The notes beneath the pieces were generated by a model. It worked only from the letters and a program-made list of their open reading frames with translations. It made no database searches and was not told where the DNA came from. From contig JAZRKN010000001.1 of the NCBI GenBank assembly GCA_045646345.1, positions 192,001-256,000 on the forward strand: 64,000 bases of DNA, given 5' to 3'. The stretch is from Candidatus Scatovivens sp. (GTDB lineage Bacteria; Bacillota; Clostridia; TANB77; CAG-508). The position numbers were made by a program, and so were the translations under genes. The stretch's first letter is position 1. The number at the start of each line of letters is the position of its first letter. This document shows positions 10,771-20,134 of the stretch, piece after piece.

Positions 10771-11847
10771 TTAACTTTCCCATTTTACAAATTCATTTTT
10801 ATATGTCTTTCCTTCAGTCTCTGTTCTAACAATTATATTTTTGTCATCTATAACATCAACATATTCTCTGCCAGACATCTTTTTAACAGTTTCTTCACTT
10901 GTTATATCATCCCACTCTGTTTTTTCTTCCCAATCAATTCTTAGTTCATTTTCACCACTCATGTTATATGTACCTTTAAAAACAGACATATTGGTTGAAT
11001 ATTCTACAGTTCCATCTTTATAGAATTCATATGCAACATCAGATGCTTCCATTGCATAAACACCGTCTAATATAATTTGTCCATTAAATTCAGAAATCAC
11101 TAATCTATTATTTACATATTCAAATTCTAATTCTCTTTCAAATAAATATCCACCTTCTAATTCTTCACCCTCTAAATAATGATCATATATTTCTAAATCT
11201 TTAAAAACAATATTAAATTTATATTTATTATTGTTTTTAGATTTCAATGTTACATTTTCAACATCAATTGGTATTGTTCCACCTGCACAATCACAGAAAG
11301 CAACTTTTCCGTCTATATTTCTATATTGAGAAAAGAACCTTACAAAATAATCTTCAGTAACATATTGCAATAAAGCATTTTTAAATTTGTCATAATTTGT
11401 ATTAGATTTTATATATCCTTCTGTATACGGATGACCATTCATTACCGTTTTTAACTCTTCTTCTTTTTCAAAACCTAATTTTACTAATATATATGGCATA
11501 GGTCCAATATTACTTTTTTCATAAGATTCGTATTCCAAATACTCTTTTAATGTTTCCTTAGCAATCGCTTCTAATTCTTCATCACTAATATTGTTAATAT
11601 CATCAATTATATTAGTTTCTGTAATTACCACATTTCCTTCATTTTTGTCTTCTTTTTCTGATTCATTAGACACTTTGTTATTACTTTCATTTTTTACATC
11701 TTCTACAATATTTTCTGACATTGATGTATTTACACTAGTTGAGCCATCTTTTAAAAGAATATATCCTACAAAAACAACCCCACACATAACTAATACTAGT
11801 AATATAATTAAAATTCTTTGGCCAATTAATCCTTTATTTTCTTCCAT
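10771..11847 (-). CDS. Membrane-anchored exported hypothetical protein
   Basis: N-terminal TM helix, low-complexity linker; start ATG 11847 after GAGGAG. Confidence 0.7.
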   Translation of the reverse strand: MEENKGLIGQRILIILLVLVMCGVVFVGYILLKDGSTSVNTSMSENIVEDVKNESNNKVSNESEKEDKNEGNVVITETNIIDDINNISDEELEAIAKETLKEYLEYESYEKSNIGPMPYILVKLGFEKEEELKTVMNGHPYTEGYIKSNTNYDKFKNALLQYVTEDYFVRFFSQYRNIDGKVAFCDCAGGTIPIDVENVTLKSKNNNKYKFNIVFKDLEIYDHYLEGEELEGGYLFERELEFEYVNNRLVISEFNGQIILDGVYAMEASDVAYEFYKDGTVEYSTNMSVFKGTYNMSGENELRIDWEEKTEWDDITSEETVKKMSGREYVDVIDDKNIIVRTETEGKTYKNEFVKWES

Positions 11848-11888
11848 AATTCTCCTCATTTCTTTTATTATAGTCAATAACATTTACA

Positions 11889-12857
11889 TTAAAAAATATC
11901 TCCTATTTTTTTCTTTTTTAATGCTTTAAATTCCTCTTTATTTTTCTTAGTTATAACCTCTTCTGTTATTTCACCTTGTTTACAAGTTTTAACTTCAATT
12001 CTTCCATTTTGAATTTTTGGATGTCTTAAAATCCTTCTTAATTTATTATCAACATGTAAACTTTCTTTACTTACATTAATTGCTATATAAGAAAATTTTT
12101 CATCTTCAAATCCAATTTCTGCATCTTTTAAATATTTATGTATTCTAGTTCTTTGAACTCTAACACTTGATGCACACCAATCATCATCTTTAATATCACA
12201 TCTACCATTAAATCCTGTACATGGAGCTATTATTTCATATCCTTTTTGATATAAATGGTTTCTAATCATTTTAACATTTTCAAACCCCTCTGGTGTTCCT
12301 GGTTCTACAATCAATAACACTTTGTTTGTACAAGATACCACTTTATCTATAACATTTAATCTATTTTCTTTACTTAGTTCATTGATCATATATGATAAAA
12401 CACATAAATCTTTAGATATCTTTATTTTTTCATTTAATATATCAGCTTCAATAAATTCTACATTTTTAAAATCGTCACTATAAGAAAAGTATTTTTTTGA
12501 TAATTCTCTCATATCTTGTTCTCTTTCTAAACAAGTTATATCATTAATATCAAAAACATCCTTTACAGCCCATTCAGCTGCACCTGTTCCTGAACCTATG
12601 TCTAATAGTGATTCAATTTTCCAATCTTTTAATTCTTTTATTTTTTCTAAGCAAGTTCTAATTGCAGAGTAAGTTGCTGGCATTCTTATTACTGAATACG
12701 ATATAGTATCTAGTTCTGTTCTTAAAAATGTTTCTCCAGTTCTTTTTTTCTCCATATAGCGTTTACTTAAATTTAATGCTGCTTCTTTTAATTCTCTTAT
12801 ATTATATTTTTCTGTTTCTTTTTCAATTGCATATTCTAATAAACTTGGTATTTGCAT
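11889..12857 (-). CDS. Rsm22-like SAM-dependent methyltransferase
   Basis: RMPATY, LLDIGSGTG, IVEPGTP.GF, APC...C....WC, EDEKFSY. Confidence 0.85.
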   Translation of the reverse strand: MQIPSLLEYAIEKETEKYNIRELKEAALNLSKRYMEKKRTGETFLRTELDTISYSVIRMPATYSAIRTCLEKIKELKDWKIESLLDIGSGTGAAEWAVKDVFDINDITCLEREQDMRELSKKYFSYSDDFKNVEFIEADILNEKIKISKDLCVLSYMINELSKENRLNVIDKVVSCTNKVLLIVEPGTPEGFENVKMIRNHLYQKGYEIIAPCTGFNGRCDIKDDDWCASSVRVQRTRIHKYLKDAEIGFEDEKFSYIAINVSKESLHVDNKLRRILRHPKIQNGRIEVKTCKQGEITEEVITKKNKEEFKALKKKKIGDIF

Positions 12858-12871
12858 ATTATTTCCTTACT

Positions 12872-13201
12872 TTATTCTTTTATTGTTTTTTCTAAAAATA
12901 TTCTCTCTTTAAAAGCTCCTCTTTTTTCAACTTTATCCAATCTTATTTTTTCAAAATCTTCTAAAGATATATTTTTATAATCTAATATTCCATAAATAAC
13001 TTCTACTAAATCAGCTAATTCTTTAACATTATTGTCTTCTAAGTACTCTTTCATTTCTTCTTGTAATTTAATGTTTAATTCTTTTATATAATCTTCTTCA
13101 GACAATTTTCTTATAATAGGTATACAACTATCATTTTTAATAATTTCTGGAATTTTATCTCTTACTAACTTATTATAAATTTTTTCTTCCATTTTTTTCA
13201 T
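12872..13201 (-). CDS. MazG-like nucleoside triphosphate pyrophosphohydrolase
   Basis: YNKLVRDKIPEII, EE..EY, ELADL.EV, KRGAF. Confidence 0.88.
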   Translation of the reverse strand: MKKMEEKIYNKLVRDKIPEIIKNDSCIPIIRKLSEEDYIKELNIKLQEEMKEYLEDNNVKELADLVEVIYGILDYKNISLEDFEKIRLDKVEKRGAFKERIFLEKTIKE

Positions 13202-13313
13202 CCTTATTTATTTTTTTCTCATTATATCACATTTATTATTGTTGTTTATCATTTTGACGCAAAATTCACAAATAATTTAAATAAAGAAAAATATATTTAT
13301 TTCCATATAAAAA

Positions 13314-13342
13314 CGCTGTGCCACAGCAGTTGTAGCACAGCG
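13314..13342 (-). terminator. Terminator of the 13351-13647 cassette
   Basis: CGCTGTGC...GCACAGCG stem, T-run on the minus strand. Confidence 0.6.
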
Positions 13343-13350
13343 CAAAAATA

Positions 13351-13647
13351 TTACCAAGAAACTTTAAAGTATGGAATATAACCTTTTCGAGTAGATATCT
13401 CTATTTCAAATCCAAACTCTTTTAATTGTAGGTATTGTTTTCCATTAATATACGCTCCGTATAAATACGCGCTTCTGAATCCTGCTTCTGCCCTTCTATT
13501 TATCTCTTCAAAGATTTTTTCAATAGGCAACTAGGACCACTTTTGGGAAGATACTTTTAAAGCCTCTTTTGCATCCATTTCAATTACTTGTGGCTTCTAA
13601 ATAGCATTCCCAGTTTCAATAGCATTTTTTTTGAATAAATTCATCAT
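13351..13647 (-). pseudogene. 98-codon phage-like ORF interrupted by two in-frame TAG codons (pseudogene or TAG-recoded origin)
   Basis: AGGAGG RBS; MMNLFKKNAIETGNAI*KPQVIEMDAKEALKVSSQKWS*LPIEKIFEEINRRAEAGFRSAYLYGAYINGKQYLQLKEFGFEIEISTRKGYIPYFKVSW-TAA; TAG at 13597-13599 and 13531-13533; own promoter and terminator. Confidence 0.75.
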
Positions 13648-13733
13648 AACGATTTCCTCCTTTTAATTAATTCGGAGGTTTACACCTCCGAATTTTTATT
13701 TATTCAAAGGTGTAACATAAATGTTACCAGCAC

Positions 13734-13762
13734 AGTATAGCACGATTAACATAAAAAATCAA
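13734..13762 (-). promoter_or_regulatory. sigma-A promoter with extended -10
   Basis: TTGATT-ttttatgttaatcgTGc-TATACT. Confidence 0.7.
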
Positions 13763-13887
13763 GTGATTTATCATTAATTATCCATAAAAACACAAAAATA
13801 ACATTTGGGGTTAACGCTTAATTGTAAGTTTTTTTAAAAAACTACTAAAAAAATATCTTTTCATTTTTTCTTATAACAAAGTCTTTT

Positions 13888-13916
13888 TTGACTTATTATG
13901 TTAATTGTGATATAAT
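13888..13916 (+). promoter_or_regulatory. sigma-A promoter with extended -10
   Basis: TTGACT-tattatgttaattgTGa-TATAAT. Confidence 0.75.
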
Positions 13917-13986
13917 ATAAGGTACGAAACAATGGTTGACATCTTGTTTTCAACCAATCACACTCCCTACCAAATAATTTAGGAGG

Positions 13987-14364
13987 ATGACAATGTTGAA
14001 CATCACTTTTTCTGAAGACTGGGAATGGAAAATGATCGATGACGAGAACCTTTCCGAAGAAGAACTCTCTGCCAAAAAGCAGAATCTGGAGGAATGGATT
14101 CTCACTGTGATGGCAGCTCTGGCTACCAAGCATAACTCAAAAGTCACCTTTTTCCCGTATCGAACCGCATCTGTGTTCGATACAATCTTCGAAGCTACGC
14201 GTGACTCCATGCGCCCGCTGGAATACATGCTGGCAATCAAGGCAGGTGTTAATCCTGAAAACCATACTGTATATGAGGTATACGATGGTTGTCAGACCTT
14301 TTACATCTTCTGCCATGGTAACCTGGTCCGCGTAGGCAAAAAAATCAAGAAAGAAGAGTGGTAA
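13987..14364 (+). CDS. Hypothetical protein, monocistronic cassette
   Basis: AGGAGG RBS (start may be ATG 13993), less AT-rich codons, own promoter and terminator. Confidence 0.75.
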   Translation: MTMLNITFSEDWEWKMIDDENLSEEELSAKKQNLEEWILTVMAALATKHNSKVTFFPYRTASVFDTIFEATRDSMRPLEYMLAIKAGVNPENHTVYEVYDGCQTFYIFCHGNLVRVGKKIKKEEW

Positions 14365-14395
14365 ATCAACATAAAAAATAAAGAAATTCTTTTTT

Positions 14396-14426
14396 CCTGT
14401 GTCACTTCGGTGATGCAGGTTTTTTT
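14396..14426 (+). terminator. Intrinsic terminator with cUUCGg tetraloop
   Basis: CCTGTGTCAC-TTCG-GTGATGCAGG-TTTTTTT. Confidence 0.8.
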
Positions 14427-14432
14427 CATTTT

Positions 14433-14462
14433 TTGACAATTTACATAACATCGTGTTATAAT
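14433..14462 (+). promoter_or_regulatory. sigma-A promoter
   Basis: TTGACA-N18 (with TG)-TATAAT. Confidence 0.75.
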
Positions 14463-14555
14463 ATAGAACATAATTTATATAGTAGTCCCTTGTAAGAATA
14501 TTAAAATATATACAGGGGAATACAATTCCTCTGTACAACTTTAGGAGGAACAAAA

Positions 14556-15092
14556 ATGAATAAAAAAACAGTTCTGTTAGTAAAACCTTTAGAACCATCT
14601 CAGGAAGCCTTTGAAAAGTTAGGATTTACATTTAAAGAAAGTGCTTATCCACTTTTGATAGAAGCAACTCTTCCTGACGGTTGGAATGCTGTAAAACGAT
14701 ATGACAGTGCCGTCACTACTACAGTATTGTACGACACCAAAAATCGAATTAGAGCCCATTCGTATCAGATCAATCCCGGCTATACACATATTCTTATCGG
14801 ACACACCGGATTATTCTGTAAGTATGAAATAAAAAGTATTTATCGCGGCGGATTGTTTAAAAAACGCAGATATGAAATTGCTGTACTGGGAAACACATCT
14901 ATTATCAATCACAATATAACAGATCCTTTATACGCAAAAAATATCTTCTCTGGCGGAAGAACTAAAGACATGTTTGTTTATGACATTGATACCGATATGT
15001 ATCATACAGAATATCTTCCAGTTAAACAGTGCGTAAATTTTATGGAACAGAACTATCCTGATTGGAGAAATCCTTTAGCTTATTGGGATTAA
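14556..15092 (+). CDS. Hypothetical protein, phage-like family
   Basis: AGGAGG RBS; FEKLGFTF...ATLPDGW...YPDWRNPLAYWD; terminator CCGATGGAGA/TCTCCATCGG at 15101-15126. Confidence 0.75.
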   Translation: MNKKTVLLVKPLEPSQEAFEKLGFTFKESAYPLLIEATLPDGWNAVKRYDSAVTTTVLYDTKNRIRAHSYQINPGYTHILIGHTGLFCKYEIKSIYRGGLFKKRRYEIAVLGNTSIINHNITDPLYAKNIFSGGRTKDMFVYDIDTDMYHTEYLPVKQCVNFMEQNYPDWRNPLAYWD

Positions 15093-15190
15093 CCAAAAAA
15101 CCGATGGAGAATAAAATCTCCATCGGTTTTTATTTTGTTTTTTTATAATTAATATAATTGTTATTGGTGAAACAATCGCACTCAGATACC

Positions 15191-16426
15191 TTATCTATTT
15201 TGATATTCTTCAACTGTTAAAATTTCTGTATTTGCACCAAGAGCTATTTGTCTACTTGTGATCAATGATTTTTCAACTTCATCCTTAACTACTATTGTTA
15301 ATGGTGTTGAAATATTAGGAAACATGCCATGACTACTTGTTAAATTAGAAAATGTTGCTTTATTTAATTTTATAATTTCAGGTTGAGTAGAAGAAAACAT
15401 ATAACTCATACTTGTAACTCTTGATGTATCAAATGAACTTAAATCAATTTCTTTAAGCGCAGAGCAATAAATGAACATATACCCCATATTAGTAACATTA
15501 GATGTATCAAATTCTGAAAAATTCACATCTGTTAAAGCATAGCAATAATAAAACATTTGGTACATATTAGTAACATTAGATGTATCAACATTAGAAAAGT
15601 CAATACTTTTTAAAGCACCATAATAGTAAAATGCCGCACTCATATTTGCTGGAAAAGAGATCTTACCATTATTAGCACCAACATAAACTTCTTTCAATCC
15701 ATTTTGATCATCATCCACAGCCCAACCTGTTATAGCATAATTTCCTTCTATTGACGCATCCCACATTACAGCTCCATTTGGAACATTTTCATGATTCACA
15801 AAATATATCCTTTCAACATTCCCTTTCGATATAGTTCCACCAAATATTCCCATTGTTGAACTTATATTTAATGTACCAGCACTTGCAAGTTCAACATATG
15901 GTTCAAATTCAAAATTGATAACGGATCTCAATTGATTATCAGCAGAAATAGAATTATTTTTATAATAAAAATTAATTCTGAATGTAATAAAATCTTTACC
16001 TTTTATTATATCGCCTTCGGATATTCCGTCTAATGAAAATAATATATTTTCATTGGTATAAGTGTTTTCTCCAAGCATATAAACTGGACCTTTAAATTCA
16101 TAATCGGAAGTTGTTGAATTATAAATTTTTATTTCATACGTTATCTTTGAATTAGCAAGTGTCTGAGATAATGCAACATTACTATCTAAAATTGTTTGAT
16201 AAGTATTTAATATATTAGAGTTATTCAAATCTGCTCCAATATCACTTATATAATTAACTTCTGTTATAAATAGATTTGCTTGTGGCAGTGTTGCAATATC
16301 ACCAGTTATCTTTAACGTTGTATTAATTTGCGCAAATCCAATTCCTAAAAAACATGTAGATACGCATATTAAAAGAAGGAATAGCCATAAATTTGAATTT
16401 CGTACTTTTTTCTTACTGTCTCTCAT
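15191..16426 (-). CDS. Surface protein with SipW-type signal peptide and DUF285/BspA-like repeats
   Basis: LGIGFA-QINTTLKITG N-terminus; three DTS.VT.M..MF repeats. Confidence 0.8.
   Translation of the reverse strand: MRDSKKKVRNSNLWLFLLLICVSTCFLGIGFAQINTTLKITGDIATLPQANLFITEVNYISDIGADLNNSNILNTYQTILDSNVALSQTLANSKITYEIKIYNSTTSDYEFKGPVYMLGENTYTNENILFSLDGISEGDIIKGKDFITFRINFYYKNNSISADNQLRSVINFEFEPYVELASAGTLNISSTMGIFGGTISKGNVERIYFVNHENVPNGAVMWDASIEGNYAITGWAVDDDQNGLKEVYVGANNGKISFPANMSAAFYYYGALKSIDFSNVDTSNVTNMYQMFYYCYALTDVNFSEFDTSNVTNMGYMFIYCSALKEIDLSSFDTSRVTSMSYMFSSTQPEIIKLNKATFSNLTSSHGMFPNISTPLTIVVKDEVEKSLITSRQIALGANTEILTVEEYQNR
15485..15588. repeat. 26-bp exact coding repeat, 78-bp period
   Basis: CATATTAGTAACATTAGATGTATCAA at 15485 and 15563, encoding DTSNVTNM. 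Confidence 0.85.
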
Positions 16427-16450
16427 AGTATTCCTCCTCTTTATTTTTCA

Positions 16451-17563
16451 TTATTTATTTTCATTATTTACTGATAACTCATACACATATAAAATTTGAT
16501 TTTTACTAGGTATCATAAAATATGATTTTAACGTATCTGGTTCTTCATACATTAAAATAGGTTCTTGTATCGTATCCCTAATTTCCAAAATATCATTAAA
16601 TTTATCTATTGTTATTAATTCATATTTTTTCATATTAAATCCATTATTAATTTTTTGAATATATGAACTATAATTTGATAATATTTTATTCAACTCTAAT
16701 TTATATATATCTTCTGGTGTTCTATTTTTAGATATATATTTATACAACATTACTATGTAACGAATTTCCATAATCACTAATATTATAAGAAGAATTTTTC
16801 CACCTATATTTTTATTAGCTTCACATGTTATTAATTCATCTTCACATCCGATTAAGTTTGTATTTAAATCAATTCCAACAGTTTTCGTTGTAAGCGGTAT
16901 ATCTAAAGATACCAAATATTCGTCGGCTTCATCTCTTTGGAAATTACCATCTATTCCTTCAATATTTATACACATTTTAACTGTTAATGTTGCTATTGCT
17001 TCATCTAAATCATATACCGTAACAAACTTCTTTATCAAATCGTTATATTTATTATAGTCTATATTAACGTTTTCTCTAATTCTTATAGTTTTATCTTCTT
17101 TTCCTGTAAATTTCTTTTCAGCAACTAAAATATCTTCAAAATTATAAATTGATTTATTTGTTGTTTTCTCCTCTACATTTACTTCTGCTTCTAATCTATA
17201 TTTATAATCATATTTAATATCAGATTCATAAATTTCCAAGTCATAGCAAAAATCTGCAACAATATAATCTATAATACTAGCAATATATTGGTTATCTTTT
17301 TTTGAATATTTCTGATCATAAAAATCATTCTCTTTTAAGAATACTTTATAATCAACATTACTGCTTTCCTTATAGCATATTGATGTTGTTTTACTATTTT
17401 TTATAGATAGACTTAATATTAATATAATTAAAACAAATAAAATTATGGCTTTAACAAAATATTCTTGTACACTTTTCTTTCTTCTTCTTTGAAGTGTATT
17501 TCCACAATTAGAATAAATTCTTGTTTTTCTTTTATTCTTATCGCTTTTTGTACTTCTGCTCAT
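16451..17563 (-). CDS. DUF5305-like membrane protein (two TM helices flanking an extracellular domain)
   Basis: DYKVFLKENDFY, YIASIIDYI, IL.NY..YI, F.DILEIRDT..EPIL; adjacent to signal peptidase. Confidence 0.65.
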   Translation of the reverse strand: MSRSTKSDKNKRKTRIYSNCGNTLQRRRKKSVQEYFVKAIILFVLIILILSLSIKNSKTTSICYKESSNVDYKVFLKENDFYDQKYSKKDNQYIASIIDYIVADFCYDLEIYESDIKYDYKYRLEAEVNVEEKTTNKSIYNFEDILVAEKKFTGKEDKTIRIRENVNIDYNKYNDLIKKFVTVYDLDEAIATLTVKMCINIEGIDGNFQRDEADEYLVSLDIPLTTKTVGIDLNTNLIGCEDELITCEANKNIGGKILLIILVIMEIRYIVMLYKYISKNRTPEDIYKLELNKILSNYSSYIQKINNGFNMKKYELITIDKFNDILEIRDTIQEPILMYEEPDTLKSYFMIPSKNQILYVYELSVNNENK

Positions 17564-17584
17564 AATTTCCTCCTTTTCTTTTGC

Positions 17585-18703
17585 TTATATAAAAAATTCT
17601 CTTAACATAAGAGTTGGATAACCAATATATTTCACTTTAAATTTTACTACGCCCCAAATATCATCTTTTGTTAAATATCCCGAATCATTTTGTTTATTTG
17701 CATCACCTTTGGTATAATATCTTCTTACACCATTTACATCTTTTATATCTACAATTCTATGAACAACTCTTATTTCATCTCTTTCAAAAATAATTATTTG
17801 CTGTTCCTTTATATTTTGATTATCATATCTCTCATATAGAACTGCATCTCCAACCTCAATTGTACCAGACATACTTCCTGTTCCAATAACTAATAAACCA
17901 TATCTGAATTCACAAGAAATAAGCATTATCATTAAGATCATTATTGTAAGTATTATCACAGATATAATATTATCTCTTTTTTTATCTTTAACAGATACTA
18001 TAAAATTTTTCTTTGCATATAGAACTTCAAGAATAAGATAAATTATATATGGGTATACTATTCTTAAAAAACATCTAAAATACATAAAAACATTTGGTAC
18101 TATCGGAATTATAAATTCATATAAAGTTATTGTTAATCTAAATACAATAGATGGTCTATATCCAAATCTTACTGATGTATAGTTCCATAATAGATTATTA
18201 GCAATTGATGCTAACAATGAAAATCCAATTACATCCACAAATCCTTCAAAAGTTGCAAACTGACCTACAGTAGTATATAAAGTCAAATCAATTAATATAA
18301 GAAATATTGTTGTTAGTATTTTAGACATTATAGATTTTTCTGACATAAAAATATTTCTAATAATTTCAGAAAAAATAATTATTATGGCTGTCGGAATAAC
18401 CATAAGTAACAACGTCCACAAATTAAATGTTACTAATGACTTTACATAACCAAAATATAAGCCTAGCAAATAAAATATTAATAAAAAAACAACACTTAAT
18501 AATCCCACCAAAATTGTAACCTGTTTATGATGTAATGAAATTATATTTCGTTTATGTACAATCTTTCTTACCAACAAAAAACTTAATACTAATAATAAAG
18601 CTGTTATAGTTCTCAAATATGTACTTGACACAAAGAGTGTAAAGAAAAAAATTATACATAGCATAAATTCAAGTATATATACTTTTATTTTATCTTTCTT
18701 CAT
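17585..18703 (-). CDS. SipW/ER-type signal peptidase I (S26B) fused to a multi-TM N-terminal domain
   Basis: GSMSG (Ser), GD, VVHRI (His), TKGDAN; about 7-8 predicted TM helices before the catalytic domain. Confidence 0.88.
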   Translation of the reverse strand: MKKDKIKVYILEFMLCIIFFFTLFVSSTYLRTITALLLVLSFLLVRKIVHKRNIISLHHKQVTILVGLLSVVFLLIFYLLGLYFGYVKSLVTFNLWTLLLMVIPTAIIIIFSEIIRNIFMSEKSIMSKILTTIFLILIDLTLYTTVGQFATFEGFVDVIGFSLLASIANNLLWNYTSVRFGYRPSIVFRLTITLYEFIIPIVPNVFMYFRCFLRIVYPYIIYLILEVLYAKKNFIVSVKDKKRDNIISVIILTIMILMIMLISCEFRYGLLVIGTGSMSGTIEVGDAVLYERYDNQNIKEQQIIIFERDEIRVVHRIVDIKDVNGVRRYYTKGDANKQNDSGYLTKDDIWGVVKFKVKYIGYPTLMLREFFI

Positions 18704-18736
18704 AAATTCCTTTCTTTACCTACTTTCTATCAAATA

Positions 18737-19237
18737 TTAATTTCCTAAAACAGCTTCAGCTCCTAGTTCAACATTTATTGTTCCTGTGACAGCTTCAATT
18801 GGTGTTTTTACTAATGTAACTTTAACAGTCACTGTTGTTTCTTCATTTGGTGCTAGTGCTGTTGTTGGGTTTGCTACAGTTGCATCAATAGCAAAAAATT
18901 CAGTATTAGAAATTGTTTCTGTAGATACATCTACTAAGGCTTTTAATTCTTCACTTGTATTTTTGATGTTAAATGTAGCTGTTTTTGTATCTCCTGTTGT
19001 TGTTAATCCTGTAACATCCATTGTAGCTGTAGTAGCTCCATTTGTAGCTGTAGCTGTAACTCCATCTGATACTCCTGATGTTGTTCCTGTAAATACTACT
19101 TTAAAATTTTCAGCATTAGCTGTTGCTGTAGCTGTACCAGCAATTGTTAAAGAATCTGTTATAGCTGCATATCCTATACCTAAAGCTAAAACAACTATAA
19201 GTAAAACGATTCCTATTAAAACTTTTCTGTTTTTCAT
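18737..19237 (-). CDS. Putative SipW-processed filament subunit (TasA/CalY-like)
   Basis: MKNRK-hydrophobic-LGIGYA-AITDSLTIAGTAT; Thr/Ala/Val-rich all-beta mature chain; strong AAGGAGG RBS; first gene of the operon. Confidence 0.65.
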   Translation of the reverse strand: MKNRKVLIGIVLLIVVLALGIGYAAITDSLTIAGTATATANAENFKVVFTGTTSGVSDGVTATATNGATTATMDVTGLTTTGDTKTATFNIKNTSEELKALVDVSTETISNTEFFAIDATVANPTTALAPNEETTVTVKVTLVKTPIEAVTGTINVELGAEAVLGN

Positions 19238-19654
19238 TTAAATTTCCTCCTTAGTTTAAGTCTTGTTATAGACCAATCTTATTATTACATAATATATTGT
19301 ATATATTACGACATTTTTCGTCAACACAACTATTTCCAAAACGCACGTATTTTCTTAGAGTTTCAAGCATCACATGGCAATATAAAGAATTTTACTCATT
19401 TTGGTTACATTTTCATTACAAACCGCTTATTTCAACGCTTTTACTTATTATTTATTTTATCAAAAACTTTTGATATATTATTAAAATCAACATCACATTT
19501 CAAAACTTATTTCTGTAATAGTTTGTAATTTTTCGTTTTATAATATTGCAACTTTACATAATGTATGATATACTATTACTGTTATTGTACAAAAAGATCA
19601 AAATTATAAATAAGCTACTTATGATAAAAAAATAATAATTAATAAGGAGTTTCT

Positions 19655-20134
19655 ATGAAAGAAAGAAATTTATTTTTATCATTAATAGCTATTATATTTA
19701 TAATGTTATCGATTCTATATACAAATATTGGATATGCTGATGAAAATCTGATAACCAATAATAAATATACTAATTTACCAAAAACATTTTCAGTAGAATT
19801 CAAGCAATTCTCAAACGAGAATATAGAAATAATTAATTCAAAAGAAATTTTACTTAAAAACATTTCATTATCATATGTTGGGGAAACAAAAGAGATTATA
19901 GTTCCTATTATAAACAATAGTCGCGACTTAGATGCACAAATACATCTTAACGTATCAAATTCTAATACAGAATATTTTAAAGTTACAGTCAATACTGAAA
20001 AACAAGTATTAAATAAAAACTCAGACGAAACATTTTTAGAAATTTCTGTTCAATTAATAAAAAAACCTATATCCTCTATTGAGAGCACAGAAATTGCAAT
20101 TGATATTATAGCTGAACCAAGTATAGAAAAATAG
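19655..20134 (+). CDS. Secreted protein resembling the filament subunit, divergently transcribed
   Basis: Signal peptide ending IGYA; NTEYFKV and VQLIKKPI parallel NTEFFAI and VTLVKTPI of 18737-19237. Confidence 0.7.
   Translation: MKERNLFLSLIAIIFIMLSILYTNIGYADENLITNNKYTNLPKTFSVEFKQFSNENIEIINSKEILLKNISLSYVGETKEIIVPIINNSRDLDAQIHLNVSNSNTEYFKVTVNTEKQVLNKNSDETFLEISVQLIKKPISSIESTEIAIDIIAEPSIEK

Noticed and set aside
13351-13647. Genome-wide TAG reassignment in the host
   Set aside because: rpsP, trmD, khpA, rimI and miaA end at TAG at normal lengths, and no core gene shows an internal TAG
13300-15130. Prophage or integron array
   Set aside because: No structural, integrase or attC-like features; cassettes have their own promoters and mixed orientation
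15400-15600. Regularly spaced direct repeats resembling CRISPR
   Set aside because: They are in-frame coding repeats (78-bp period) of the DUF285 domain; no cas genes or unique spacers
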